IMG/VR virus record: IMGVR_UViG_3300028832_000127
Span: 12,470-76,469 of that record
DNA from: a virus
Lineage: Duplodnaviria; Caudoviricetes
Reading direction: 5' to 3' (one strand)
DNA length: 64,000 nt
The translations under genes were made by a program, and so were the position numbers. A model generated the notes under the pieces. The model was given only the letters and a program-made list of their open reading frames with translations, had not been told where the DNA came from and did not search any database. Positions within the stretch are counted from its first letter, which is position 1. The number at the start of each line of letters is the position of its first letter. Of this stretch, positions 1 through 8,072 are shown in pieces.

Positions 1-114
1 GGGCATAAATACTATGAGGAGCATCGCGTATTAAAGGCAACCTCCCGAAAGGCAAAGAAAATAGAGCAACAATCCCGTGAATACTACGAAAAAGCGCGGC
101 AACTGAAAATTTAG
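1..114 (+). CDS. 3' end of a hypothetical protein (truncated by window start)
   Basis: Open frame GHKYYEEHRVLK...ARQLKI* ending at TAG 112-114, convergent with the next gene. Confidence 0.45.
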   Translation, partial: GHKYYEEHRVLKATSRKAKKIEQQSREYYEKARQLKI

Positions 115-395
115 TCGTCGTACAGACTGCTGGCTATTCTGTCCTGCTCGCGTTTCGACAACTTAGCCCACCGCCCCGTTATCGTCAAATCATCAACGGG
201 GTGGTTTTTCAATTCGTCTGCCGTTGGCTTGTAATTGTCCGCCACAAACTTGATTATTTCGTGAAACTCGTCCACGGTTACGCCCAGCCCTTGTCTGCAC
301 ATCTGACTGATGTCGCCGCCGTTTTTTTCGTGGCTGGCAACATTAATCCAATATGCAGGATGGGGGGTAATTTCGGATATTGAAGTGTATTTCAT
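111..395 (-). CDS. hypothetical protein (94 aa)
   Basis: ORF with ATG after an AT-rich leader; small-gene cluster. Confidence 0.7.
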   Translation of the reverse strand: MKYTSISEITPHPAYWINVASHEKNGGDISQMCRQGLGVTVDEFHEIIKFVADNYKPTADELKNHPVDDLTITGRWAKLSKREQDRIASSLYDD

Positions 396-479
396 AATAT
401 TTGATTTTTTAGTATCACAAAATTACATTTTTTTTCTGATATAACAATATTTAGATGCCATCATAAACGTTAATTTTTG

Positions 480-764
480 TTAACCGTAAACAAACCGCCG
501 CCGCAGGTCGGCTATCAGTTCTTTGTACGATGTATTGTAGAGCCGTTTCATAGTCAGAAAATCCACGCCCTTGCAATATCGTAACAACGCCTCGATGTCT
601 TGCACCATTTGGGCTGATGCTTTTTTGATGCCGCCCTTGCGCACCCATTGCTTGCAGAAGGCGTCCTTGTCGAGGTCTGATGCCATATATTGCCGCTCGA
701 TTTGGCGGTATATTTTGTCGGTGGGTACAAACCCCGTCCGCGCTGTAAACTCTGATTTTAACAT
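480..764 (-). CDS. hypothetical early protein (94 aa)
   Basis: ORF in leftward cluster downstream of cassette A. Confidence 0.7.
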   Translation of the reverse strand: MLKSEFTARTGFVPTDKIYRQIERQYMASDLDKDAFCKQWVRKGGIKKASAQMVQDIEALLRYCKGVDFLTMKRLYNTSYKELIADLRRRFVYG

Positions 765-816
765 AATTTTTGCGGTTTTTATGGCGGTTTGATGCTATCG
801 CCCCGCCTGTTAATAT

Positions 817-1116
817 TTAGTCTTCGTTTTGGCTGTTTATAAAGTCCGCCAATGCAGCCAAATCGCGGTGTTTCAGGAGTTCGTCGCGCAATTTCGGCAC
901 GGCGTTTTTAACGTCCGCGATTGTCATTTGGCGTTGGTCGGTGGTGTTTTTGATGTTGCCGTCGTTGTCAACGGTGACTTGCAGAAAACTGCCGCCAAAT
1001 CGGTCTGTTTCAAAGGTGAAGAAACAAAATCCGTAGGGGGTGTCGCTTTTGTGCCAAAGGACTTGCGCATCGTGCGCAATACCTGTAAGGATAAGCAAAA
1101 CTGCATATTGTTTCAT
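817..1116 (-). CDS. hypothetical early protein (99 aa)
   Basis: ORF in leftward cluster. Confidence 0.7.
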   Translation of the reverse strand: MKQYAVLLILTGIAHDAQVLWHKSDTPYGFCFFTFETDRFGGSFLQVTVDNDGNIKNTTDQRQMTIADVKNAVPKLRDELLKHRDLAALADFINSQNED

Positions 1117-1136
1117 AGTCGTATGGTGTTAAATGA

Positions 1137-1634
1137 TTAATCAAACTCGCCGTGCAAAAATTCACAACTTACCGTCAACGTTGACTCGCTGTAATTTTTA
1201 GGGTACTCCCTAAACCACAGCCAACCGTTGTAAACCTCGCATTCGTGCTGTATCATATTAGCGTAGTCGTAATCTGTCAAGTTAGCCTCCAAAACGCCCT
1301 CCGCCTTATATTTGGGATTTTGGCTCAGGGTGTAAGTAACAGGGCTCAGGGTGCGCTTAGCGTTTTCAAACGCCTCCATATATGCTTTTTCGTTGTCATA
1401 ATACACCGTTTGGGACAGCGTGCCGTTTTCACGTACACAATAGGTGGGGTGGCTGTCGGAGTACCACTCAATTTTGTTTTGCTTTACATAGTCCTCAGAC
1501 ACAACCCTGATGCCGTATGTGCCATAAGGCAGGGGGTAAACTTTTTTGGGGACTTTGCAAGCCTCTTTGTACGTGTTTGCATCAATCTCAAACATTATGT
1601 AAACATAGTTGCAAGTTGCAAAATATTTTTTCAT
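1137..1634 (-). CDS. hypothetical early protein (165 aa)
   Basis: First gene after the left promoter of cassette A. Confidence 0.75.
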   Translation of the reverse strand: MKKYFATCNYVYIMFEIDANTYKEACKVPKKVYPLPYGTYGIRVVSEDYVKQNKIEWYSDSHPTYCVRENGTLSQTVYYDNEKAYMEAFENAKRTLSPVTYTLSQNPKYKAEGVLEANLTDYDYANMIQHECEVYNGWLWFREYPKNYSESTLTVSCEFLHGEFD

Positions 1635-1645
1635 TTTAGTAGTGT

Positions 1646-2175
1646 TTTTAAAGTTAGTTACTTTGTTTGTTGTTTGTACTTTATTAAACGCAAAATTATT
1701 AAAAATGTTTCATAAAACACAAACTTTTTTCAAACTTTTTTTTAAAATATTTTTCAAATGCCTAAAAATAAGCAATTTACAAAGACATTTTTTTTAAATA
1801 TTTTTTTTGATTGATTGATATTTATATAAATCTTACATCTATATATATATGAATGTTTCAGGGTGCAAATTTTCTTTTGTATGCCTGTTTTTCTTTGATT
1901 TTAGGCATTTATAAAAGATTGTTGATTATTGCATCAATACAGACAAAAAACACCCCTAAAATCGAAAATCTTAAAACATCATTATATATATGTAAGTCAA
2001 AAACAAAGAAAATATAAAATATTTTCAAAATTTTTATCTTTATAAAACACTGATTTTAAACAAGTTGAAAAATATTTTGTAAAAATCTACAAAAATATTT
2101 TTGATTTTATGAAACACTTTTAATAATTTTGCGTTTAAATAAGTACAAACAAAACAAAAACACTAACTTTTAAAA
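1646..2175. repeat. AT-rich bidirectional promoter cassette, copy A
   Basis: Near-identical to 53643-54160, 63737-64000 and (right half) 42713-42975; ~70-bp inverted ends each carrying TTTATGAAAC...TAATTTTGCG. Confidence 0.95.
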
Positions 2176-2191
2176 TTTGGAGGGCTGAAAA

Positions 2192-2383
2192 ATGAAAACG
2201 ACATTAGAAAAAATATTCAAAGACTACAACAAAACCATCCGCCATCTTGGGTACAGCGACACTTGGGTGGTAAAGATAGAAGGCGTGCTGAAAACCGACA
2301 CCATAATGGAGTTGGTAGCCGAGGGTTATCAGTTTGAAGTAGAGCCACAAGGCGATCGCCGTCTTAACGTAAAAATTGTCTAA
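2192..2383 (+). CDS. hypothetical early protein (63 aa)
   Basis: First ORF after the right promoter of cassette A. Confidence 0.7.
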   Translation: MKTTLEKIFKDYNKTIRHLGYSDTWVVKIEGVLKTDTIMELVAEGYQFEVEPQGDRRLNVKIV

Positions 2384-2404
2384 CATTCAAAAAACGCAAA
2401 GAAA

Positions 2405-2863
2405 ATGAAAACAGACGACGCAACATACATTAAGTCAAACACGGTGGTGGCGGTTGCCCTCTCCAAATTCTCAAAAAAAGAATTTCAGGCTGTCCTGAAC
2501 TCCAACGAAACAGCCGCCAACCGCCAAAAAACGGCGCAATCACTTTGCGACTACCTTTGCGGCAAATTCAAAATGCCGCGTGTTTCGGTGGTCGTAACAG
2601 ACAGGGCGCAGCCTCATTCTACAAACAGCCGAGGCAGCCTGCACTCAAAGACGCTCGGCAATTACGCCCCTTTGTCTATGGTGATAACGCTGTTTAACAA
2701 AACCGCCGTAAAACGGCAAATTGTGGCGATAAAGACACTTGCAGACACTTTGCTGCACGAATTTATCCACCACTACGACTACACCCGCCTGAATTTGGGC
2801 GCATCGCCGCACACGGCGGGATTTTACCGCCGTATCGGAGACCTGAAAACGAAATTAAGTTAA
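2405..2863 (+). CDS. SprT-like HExxH metalloprotease-domain protein
   Basis: TLLHEFIHHYD zinc motif followed by HTAGF. Confidence 0.6.
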   Translation: MKTDDATYIKSNTVVAVALSKFSKKEFQAVLNSNETAANRQKTAQSLCDYLCGKFKMPRVSVVVTDRAQPHSTNSRGSLHSKTLGNYAPLSMVITLFNKTAVKRQIVAIKTLADTLLHEFIHHYDYTRLNLGASPHTAGFYRRIGDLKTKLS

Positions 2864-2882
2864 ACATTCAAAACACAACATT

Positions 2883-3119
2883 ATGACCGTACAACAAATC
2901 ATCGACGCCCTCAGTCAGTTTGACCCTGACACCGAGGTAATGACCGCCGCACCGTCCCACGACTATTGGGGCACGGTAACCGCCAACAAGGTCGGCACAA
3001 TCGACACCGCCAACGTAACGTACAGCGACTACCACAACACTCACAAGGTCGTGGACGACGAAAAAATTTACAATTACGACGGCGACGAAGTAAAAGAAGT
3101 CGTATTACTCTCAATGTAG
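2883..3119 (+). CDS. hypothetical protein (78 aa)
   Basis: MTVQQIIDALSQFDPDTEV start typical of small phage proteins. Confidence 0.7.
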   Translation: MTVQQIIDALSQFDPDTEVMTAAPSHDYWGTVTANKVGTIDTANVTYSDYHNTHKVVDDEKIYNYDGDEVKEVVLLSM

Positions 3120-3166
3120 ACCACGGGGGGGACGGCAATCCCCCCCCCACTAAAAACCGCTAAATT

Positions 3167-3409
3167 ATGGCACAAAAAAGCATTGTTAACAAAGTAATTT
3201 TGTGGTGCTACAACTATTCACGCCCCGAAGATTTTATCGCAGAAATCGAGCCAAGGGGCAGCGTGATGTACGCCCACTACCTCAACAAGTGGACGGCAAT
3301 CGCCCACCGTTATTCAGGAGCGGACGTTTTCTGCCGTTTCTATCTTGAACTCGACATCGAACACCGCGAAAAATTCGATAAGTTTTTAACAGAAAAATAC
3401 AAAGGATAA
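3167..3409 (+). CDS. hypothetical protein (80 aa)
   Basis: ORF coupled to the next gene (TAATG). Confidence 0.7.
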   Translation: MAQKSIVNKVILWCYNYSRPEDFIAEIEPRGSVMYAHYLNKWTAIAHRYSGADVFCRFYLELDIEHREKFDKFLTEKYKG

Positions 3410-3612
3410 TGGCAACAATGACTAAAAACGGCGTTTCTACCTGCAACGCCAACGGCACGGAGAAATACGAAAAATTTTCTACCCACAGCCGCAAAACACC
3501 CACCGCATATCACTACGACTACCGCACGTCTGACGGCGAACTCTTCTCAATCGTCCGTCCCACCCTTGCGGAGTGCCGCGCCGAAAGGGACAAGTGGCTT
3601 GCAAACAGGTAA
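3409..3612 (+). CDS. hypothetical protein (67 aa)
   Basis: ORF overlapping the previous stop; followed by a hairpin. Confidence 0.7.
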   Translation: MATMTKNGVSTCNANGTEKYEKFSTHSRKTPTAYHYDYRTSDGELFSIVRPTLAECRAERDKWLANR

Positions 3613-3622
3613 CAGACAGACA

Positions 3623-3661
3623 AACAAAGGGACACCGCAGCAATGTGATGCCCCTTGTTTT
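3623..3661. terminator. bidirectional intrinsic terminator
   Basis: aaacaaaggg-acaccgcagcaatgtgatg-ccccttgttt between convergent genes. Confidence 0.6.
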
Positions 3662-3905
3662 ACAATTTTATTCCTTGTTTTTCGACCCATAGGCGCAATG
3701 CCGCCTCTATCACTTCCGACTTGTTGGGTTGCATCTGCATAAATGCGTACAAGTCGGGGGACAGCCGTGCCGCCACGGTCTTTTTTGCGCCTGCGAATTG
3801 CGATTTTCGACCCGCGCCGCGCCTATATCCGCCCCATCCGTTGTTCTTGGGTTTTTCCGCCTGAGCGGGTGCCTCGGTTGCTGTGATGTTGTCCTTTTCT
3901 TCCAT
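3660..3905 (-). CDS. small DNA-binding protein (GGxRxGAGRK motif plus ribbon-helix-helix-like C-terminus)
   Basis: WGGYRRGAGRK and KKTVAARLS...NKSEVIEAALR; own promoter near 3925. Confidence 0.6.
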   Translation of the reverse strand: MEEKDNITATEAPAQAEKPKNNGWGGYRRGAGRKSQFAGAKKTVAARLSPDLYAFMQMQPNKSEVIEAALRLWVEKQGIKL

Positions 3906-3947
3906 AGTATTAAAATTTGGGTGCAAAGTTAATAATTTGATTTAATT

Positions 3948-4679
3948 TTACAAATTCAAACCGTAAATTCGGCATATTTCCGCCTTGACCGTCTCGCTCT
4001 GTATCTGCGCCGCCCTTGCCCTGCGCTCGCTGGTGTCCTTCACCCTTGCAAACGCCCTTTTGACGGACAGCAACTCCCTCGCCTCATCGTCCGTCATTCC
4101 TTGGATTTGGAACGGCTTTTTTGTCGGTGTCTGCGTCGCCACGGTCTGCATCATAGGCAGTTCAGGCTCGGCTGTCTGTGTCGCCGAGATAGCCGCCCTT
4201 GCCTCCGTGGTAGGTGCGGGAATGGGTGTCGGTTCGGCAATTTCGTTGACGGGCTGTTTTGCTTTGTCGGCACGGTCTTTTTGGAACAAAAAACACTTGT
4301 ACCAATACGCCGCATCGTGACCATCCACCTTGTCGGTAGTCGCCGCCTTATCTTCCTGACGCTTGATTATGTAGGCTACAATGAGGGTGTAAGTGGTGTA
4401 AATGCCGAAATACACGCCCACCACGGTCTTGAAGTTCTCGCCGTGTACGCTCAAATGGGAATACACGGCGAAACCGTCCAAAATCGCAAAACACACCGCC
4501 GTAAAAGCCGACTGCAACTTGAACAATGAGAGGGTGGAGATGAGGCTGTATGTCAGCGCGAAAAAGACCATAAGGGCGGTCATTCCACGCGACACCTCCG
4601 CGCTCGCCTCTATCATCAGGCTTGCATTTGTGTATAAAAGGTTAGCACATAAGGCGATTAAAATTATTTTTAGTATCAT
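3948..4679 (-). CDS. multi-pass membrane protein with soluble C-terminal domain
   Basis: About four hydrophobic segments after MILKIILIALC; start chosen at 4679 within the longer listed ORF. Confidence 0.7.
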   Translation of the reverse strand: MILKIILIALCANLLYTNASLMIEASAEVSRGMTALMVFFALTYSLISTLSLFKLQSAFTAVCFAILDGFAVYSHLSVHGENFKTVVGVYFGIYTTYTLIVAYIIKRQEDKAATTDKVDGHDAAYWYKCFLFQKDRADKAKQPVNEIAEPTPIPAPTTEARAAISATQTAEPELPMMQTVATQTPTKKPFQIQGMTDDEARELLSVKRAFARVKDTSERRARAAQIQSETVKAEICRIYGLNL

Positions 4680-4690
4680 TTTTCCATTTT

Positions 4691-5485
4691 TTAAAATAAT
4701 TCCAATACATATTGACCGTGTTTGTCGGTCTTTGTTGTGGTCTTTGGTTGTGCAGTTGATTTCACAACCACCGCCGTGTAGGGGTAACTTCCGTCCCCTA
4801 TTTGGCGGTAAAAGTGCGCACAATTGAAGATGTAGGCAGGTGTGAACCACGCCTCGGTGTATTTCAACATCAGCGCGTCGCCCTTTCGCACCACGGCAGG
4901 AACGCCAAGCACTGATAAGACAAGATACGTCATGTGTACGCATCGGCTGTCTATGTCGCCACAATCAACGAAGATGTTATGGGCGTAGTTTATCCGCAGT
5001 TGCATCAGTTTTTCGATTGCGGCGATAATAAGACCGCCCGCGCCGCAGGTCGGCTCGTAGAGAGTGAACACGGCATCGGGGTTTCCGTTTAGTTTCGCCC
5101 TCACCTCGTCCTCACGCACCGCCATCTGCGCCGTAACCTTTGACACGGTGTAGGGCGTGAAGTACTGCCCCATTCGGGAGTTGGAAGTGCCGCTCTCCAT
5201 ATAGAGTTCGCCGCACCAATCGCACAACTCGCCCGCGTCCATTGATGCCTTGATGTCGTCCATCAAAAGACCAAGAGCCACCGTAAACTTGTGGAATTGC
5301 TCATCTGTGTACTTTTTGCGTGTGTTTTCGTACCGCTCCTCATACACTTGCCGCGTTTTGCCGAGGTGTACGGCGTTGCGGAAACTGATTGCGGACAACT
5401 CGAAAAAGTCGGCAATCACCGTGTAGAAGTCGCGGTCGGTGAAACTCTCGAAGATACGCCTTATATCTCGCTTGTGATTGAACAT
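4691..5485 (-). CDS. N-6 DNA methylase-like (HsdM-related, short form) protein
   Basis: GQYFTPY, EPTCGAGG (SAM-binding motif I), GDID, KGDAL; no clear NPPY motif. Confidence 0.65.
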   Translation of the reverse strand: MFNHKRDIRRIFESFTDRDFYTVIADFFELSAISFRNAVHLGKTRQVYEERYENTRKKYTDEQFHKFTVALGLLMDDIKASMDAGELCDWCGELYMESGTSNSRMGQYFTPYTVSKVTAQMAVREDEVRAKLNGNPDAVFTLYEPTCGAGGLIIAAIEKLMQLRINYAHNIFVDCGDIDSRCVHMTYLVLSVLGVPAVVRKGDALMLKYTEAWFTPAYIFNCAHFYRQIGDGSYPYTAVVVKSTAQPKTTTKTDKHGQYVLELF

Positions 5486-5509
5486 TTTTCATTTCTTTGG
5501 GTGGGTATA

Positions 5510-5842
5510 TCAGAACAGGCGGAACTCAAACGGCTCGCCCTTATTGCCTTTCATTTCGTTGATGTCGGACTTGATTACGTCCAACTTCCAACTATTCTCG
5601 CGTACTTGGTTTTTTATAGTGTCAGAATTACACTCAATAGCCTCAACCTTGACCGTGAGGGTGTCAATCTTGCGCTCCACGATGCCGAGGTGCGCCGTTA
5701 AAGTGTCAATTTTACACTCAATAGCGTTAATCCTTTCGTCAAAGTACGCCTTGCTAACGCTGCCGCTGCAAAGGTCTATGACGAAGTTGGCGGCGACGGC
5801 GATAATCACCACCGCCACCACAATTCCAATTATTCCTTTCAT
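5510..5842 (-). CDS. membrane-anchored coiled-coil protein
   Basis: N-terminal TM helix then KIDTLT heptad repeats. Confidence 0.7.
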   Translation of the reverse strand: MKGIIGIVVAVVIIAVAANFVIDLCSGSVSKAYFDERINAIECKIDTLTAHLGIVERKIDTLTVKVEAIECNSDTIKNQVRENSWKLDVIKSDINEMKGNKGEPFEFRLF

Positions 5843-6780
5843 TTCTGCATAGCCTTTATCATTTCGTTGTATTGGCGGCTAATCTCCGCCGTGAGTTCGT
5901 ATTCGTCCGCAAAGGTCTTTTTGAGGATGAGGCTGACACGGTAGTCCGTGAGTTGCCACCCCTTAGCCTTGCAGATGCTTTTGATTTTATCGGCATCAAA
6001 AACAAAAACAACGTTGTTTTGATTTGTTTTTGATGTTTGTCGCGTCGTTTCCGTTTGTTTCGGCGTAGATGTCGATGTCGTAAGATAGTTGCACCCCCTT
6101 GTCAACAAAACCGCCAACAAAACCGCCAAAACAACCGTGTAGATAATTTTGATTTTTGACGGTCGGCTTTCGGTTTTGTAAGCCGAAACAACGGGGGAGA
6201 GTGTTTCCTGCGTGTACGCCCTGCCGTCGGGTCGCACAATGCCGAGCGCGTTGATTGCGTCCACGATGTACTGCGGCACGTTGCTCGGCAAGGCGTACAC
6301 GTTGCTGTAAACGCCTTCGGAAATGCTTTTCACCCAGCCTTTCTCAGTGATTTTCTCCAACGCCTGCGCGTGAAGTTTCACAATCTTTTTCGTAGTCAAC
6401 GGCGGCTTTTTGGCGTTCCTTGCCGCCGTTGTGTCGCGGTATGACGACGTGCTGGATGCTGTCGCGGTGTTGTCGTGATGCTGTGGCGGCGTTGTCGTGA
6501 TGCTGTCGCATTCCTGTCGCATTTCTGTCGTATCGTTGTCGCAACGTTGTTGTAGGGCAAGTTGAGCGTTTTGCTTTGCGGCGATGATGAACACCCCCAA
6601 TAGGGTGGAGAAGTCGCGGTAAGGAATTAAGAAGTCCCCCACCCCGACGGCGTGGCTGTCCGTGCCGTTTTCGGAGTGAAACCACGGCTCGCCCTCGTCG
6701 GCATACCTCACCGTCCCCACCGTATTGGTTGAGGTGTCGAAGTAACGCTGCGCCTCATCATATCTCATCAACTCTTCCAT
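5839..6780 (-). CDS. putative membrane-anchored DNA-binding protein
   Basis: HTH-like N-terminus (YDEAQRYFDTSTNTV), IVDAINALGIVRPDGRAYTQETL segment resembling a recombinase-type DNA-binding motif, TM helix IIYTVVLAVLLAVLL. Confidence 0.55.
   Translation of the reverse strand: MEELMRYDEAQRYFDTSTNTVGTVRYADEGEPWFHSENGTDSHAVGVGDFLIPYRDFSTLLGVFIIAAKQNAQLALQQRCDNDTTEMRQECDSITTTPPQHHDNTATASSTSSYRDTTAARNAKKPPLTTKKIVKLHAQALEKITEKGWVKSISEGVYSNVYALPSNVPQYIVDAINALGIVRPDGRAYTQETLSPVVSAYKTESRPSKIKIIYTVVLAVLLAVLLTRGCNYLTTSTSTPKQTETTRQTSKTNQNNVVFVFDADKIKSICKAKGWQLTDYRVSLILKKTFADEYELTAEISRQYNEMIKAMQK
6460..6552. repeat. array of TGTCG pentamers with 11-bp periodicity
   Basis: TGTCG at 6460, 6471, 6493, 6504, 6515, 6526, 6537; one-mismatch copies at 6482 and 6548. 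Confidence 0.85.
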
Positions 6781-7343
6781 TATTCCGTGTATATGTATGT
6801 TAAAAATTTGTCTTTGTCAAAATTTTTTCCGCAACAACTTGTTCCGCCTTGACCGTCCCAATCTCTGTGGATTTTGATTTTGTCTTTTGTCAGGTCGTAC
6901 TTCCAAGCAAGGTAGTTGACCAAACATATTAACAAAATTTGTTGTTTGAGGGTCGGACGCTCAACATCAAAATTGCCGTGCAGACAAATTCCGATGTTGG
7001 CGGTGTTGTTGTTCAATACGTGCGCACCTTTGTTTTTGTCGTAGCGCACCTTGTAGATGCGGTCGGGGGTGATGTAGTAGTTGTAGGCGAACCCACAAGA
7101 CCACTTGCGCACCTCCTCGTGGAACTTGTCAATGTCTTTAAGAGACACCTTTTTTGCAAGTTCTACCGCGTCGTGGTGTATGGTGATGGTCAGCACGGTG
7201 TCGGCGGCGTTCCCCTGATTGAAACAGGTCGTAACGTCCTGATAGTAATGGTTGACCACCGCAAGGCAGCCGAGCCACACCACCAAGACGACTACTGACA
7301 GCCGCCACACAATCCGTACTATTTTCCTGAGCCACTTAACCAT
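6780..7343 (-). CDS. N-acetylmuramoyl-L-alanine amidase (Amidase_2/PGRP type) with N-terminal TM anchor
   Basis: ITIHH, AYNYYI, GAHV, NIGICLHGNF, IHRD, TSCCG motifs; hydrophobic N-terminus. Confidence 0.85.
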   Translation of the reverse strand: MVKWLRKIVRIVWRLSVVVLVVWLGCLAVVNHYYQDVTTCFNQGNAADTVLTITIHHDAVELAKKVSLKDIDKFHEEVRKWSCGFAYNYYITPDRIYKVRYDKNKGAHVLNNNTANIGICLHGNFDVERPTLKQQILLICLVNYLAWKYDLTKDKIKIHRDWDGQGGTSCCGKNFDKDKFLTYIYTE

Positions 7344-7777
7344 TCACACATAGTTTTGTATAGGGCGTTTAGACCGTCCCACCCTTGATTGCTTAAAAAA
7401 AGCGTTACGAGGACGACCGCAGCCGCGCCCATTATGATTTTTGCAAACGGCTTGATGCCGTCAATGACAAAATCAAACAGCCGTTTGAGGACGTAAAAAA
7501 CCACGTTCCTTATGAAAAGGATGGCGAGGTCTATGCCGAACAATGTTGTCAGCACGGGCAGGAATACAAGGGGGTAGTATCCGAACTTGTAGCCTATCCA
7601 TACGCTGTCCGACATTACGCCGAAGTTTGAGCATACCCACGCGGAGCATGGGAAATACTCGCTGCGGAGGGTGCGCTGTACGAACACCCCGCCATCCGTC
7701 ACGTCGTCAACGGGAACGTAGCCATCCGCATCGTTGCCGATTGTGTCGGCGGCTATTTCAGAAAACTTCAAATCCAT
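7319..7777 (-). CDS. membrane protein
   Basis: Several hydrophobic segments; first gene after the promoter near 7800. Confidence 0.65.
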   Translation of the reverse strand: MDLKFSEIAADTIGNDADGYVPVDDVTDGGVFVQRTLRSEYFPCSAWVCSNFGVMSDSVWIGYKFGYYPLVFLPVLTTLFGIDLAILFIRNVVFYVLKRLFDFVIDGIKPFAKIIMGAAAVVLVTLFLSNQGWDGLNALYKTMCEWLSGSGK

Positions 7778-7802
7778 AATTTCCTTTTTTTGTTTTTGAT
7801 TG

Positions 7803-7837
7803 CGCAAAAATAAATCAAAATATTTGATTGTGCAAAC
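7803..7837 (-). promoter_or_regulatory. class II promoter (TTTGCAnAATCA ... TAnnTTTGC)
   Basis: Minus strand gtttgcacaatcaaatattttgatttatttttgcgc; same architecture near 11980-12015, 13690-13725, 21270-21305, 22757-22792 and 44075-44110. Confidence 0.65.
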
Positions 7838-8072
7838 TTTTTTCAAAAAATATTATAAAAATTTTTCTTTTTTTCGGTCTGCATACGCGCATTTTTTTTC
7901 TGTTTTTGCGTGAAAGAGATATTTTTTTATAACATCAAAGGGCGTTTGTCTCCAAAAATGCCGAGAAAACACCAAGCCTCACCCCCACAATGTCATATTT
8001 TTTTATCACTTTGCCCTGACTTTTGGAAATTGCCGCCACCGTGTATTTTTGCGGTGTAAATCATAAAAAAAT

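Noticed and set aside
1646-2175. Cassette as a classical MITE or IS
   Set aside because: No target-site duplications or transposase were seen, and the inverted ends are explained by promoters plus leaders.
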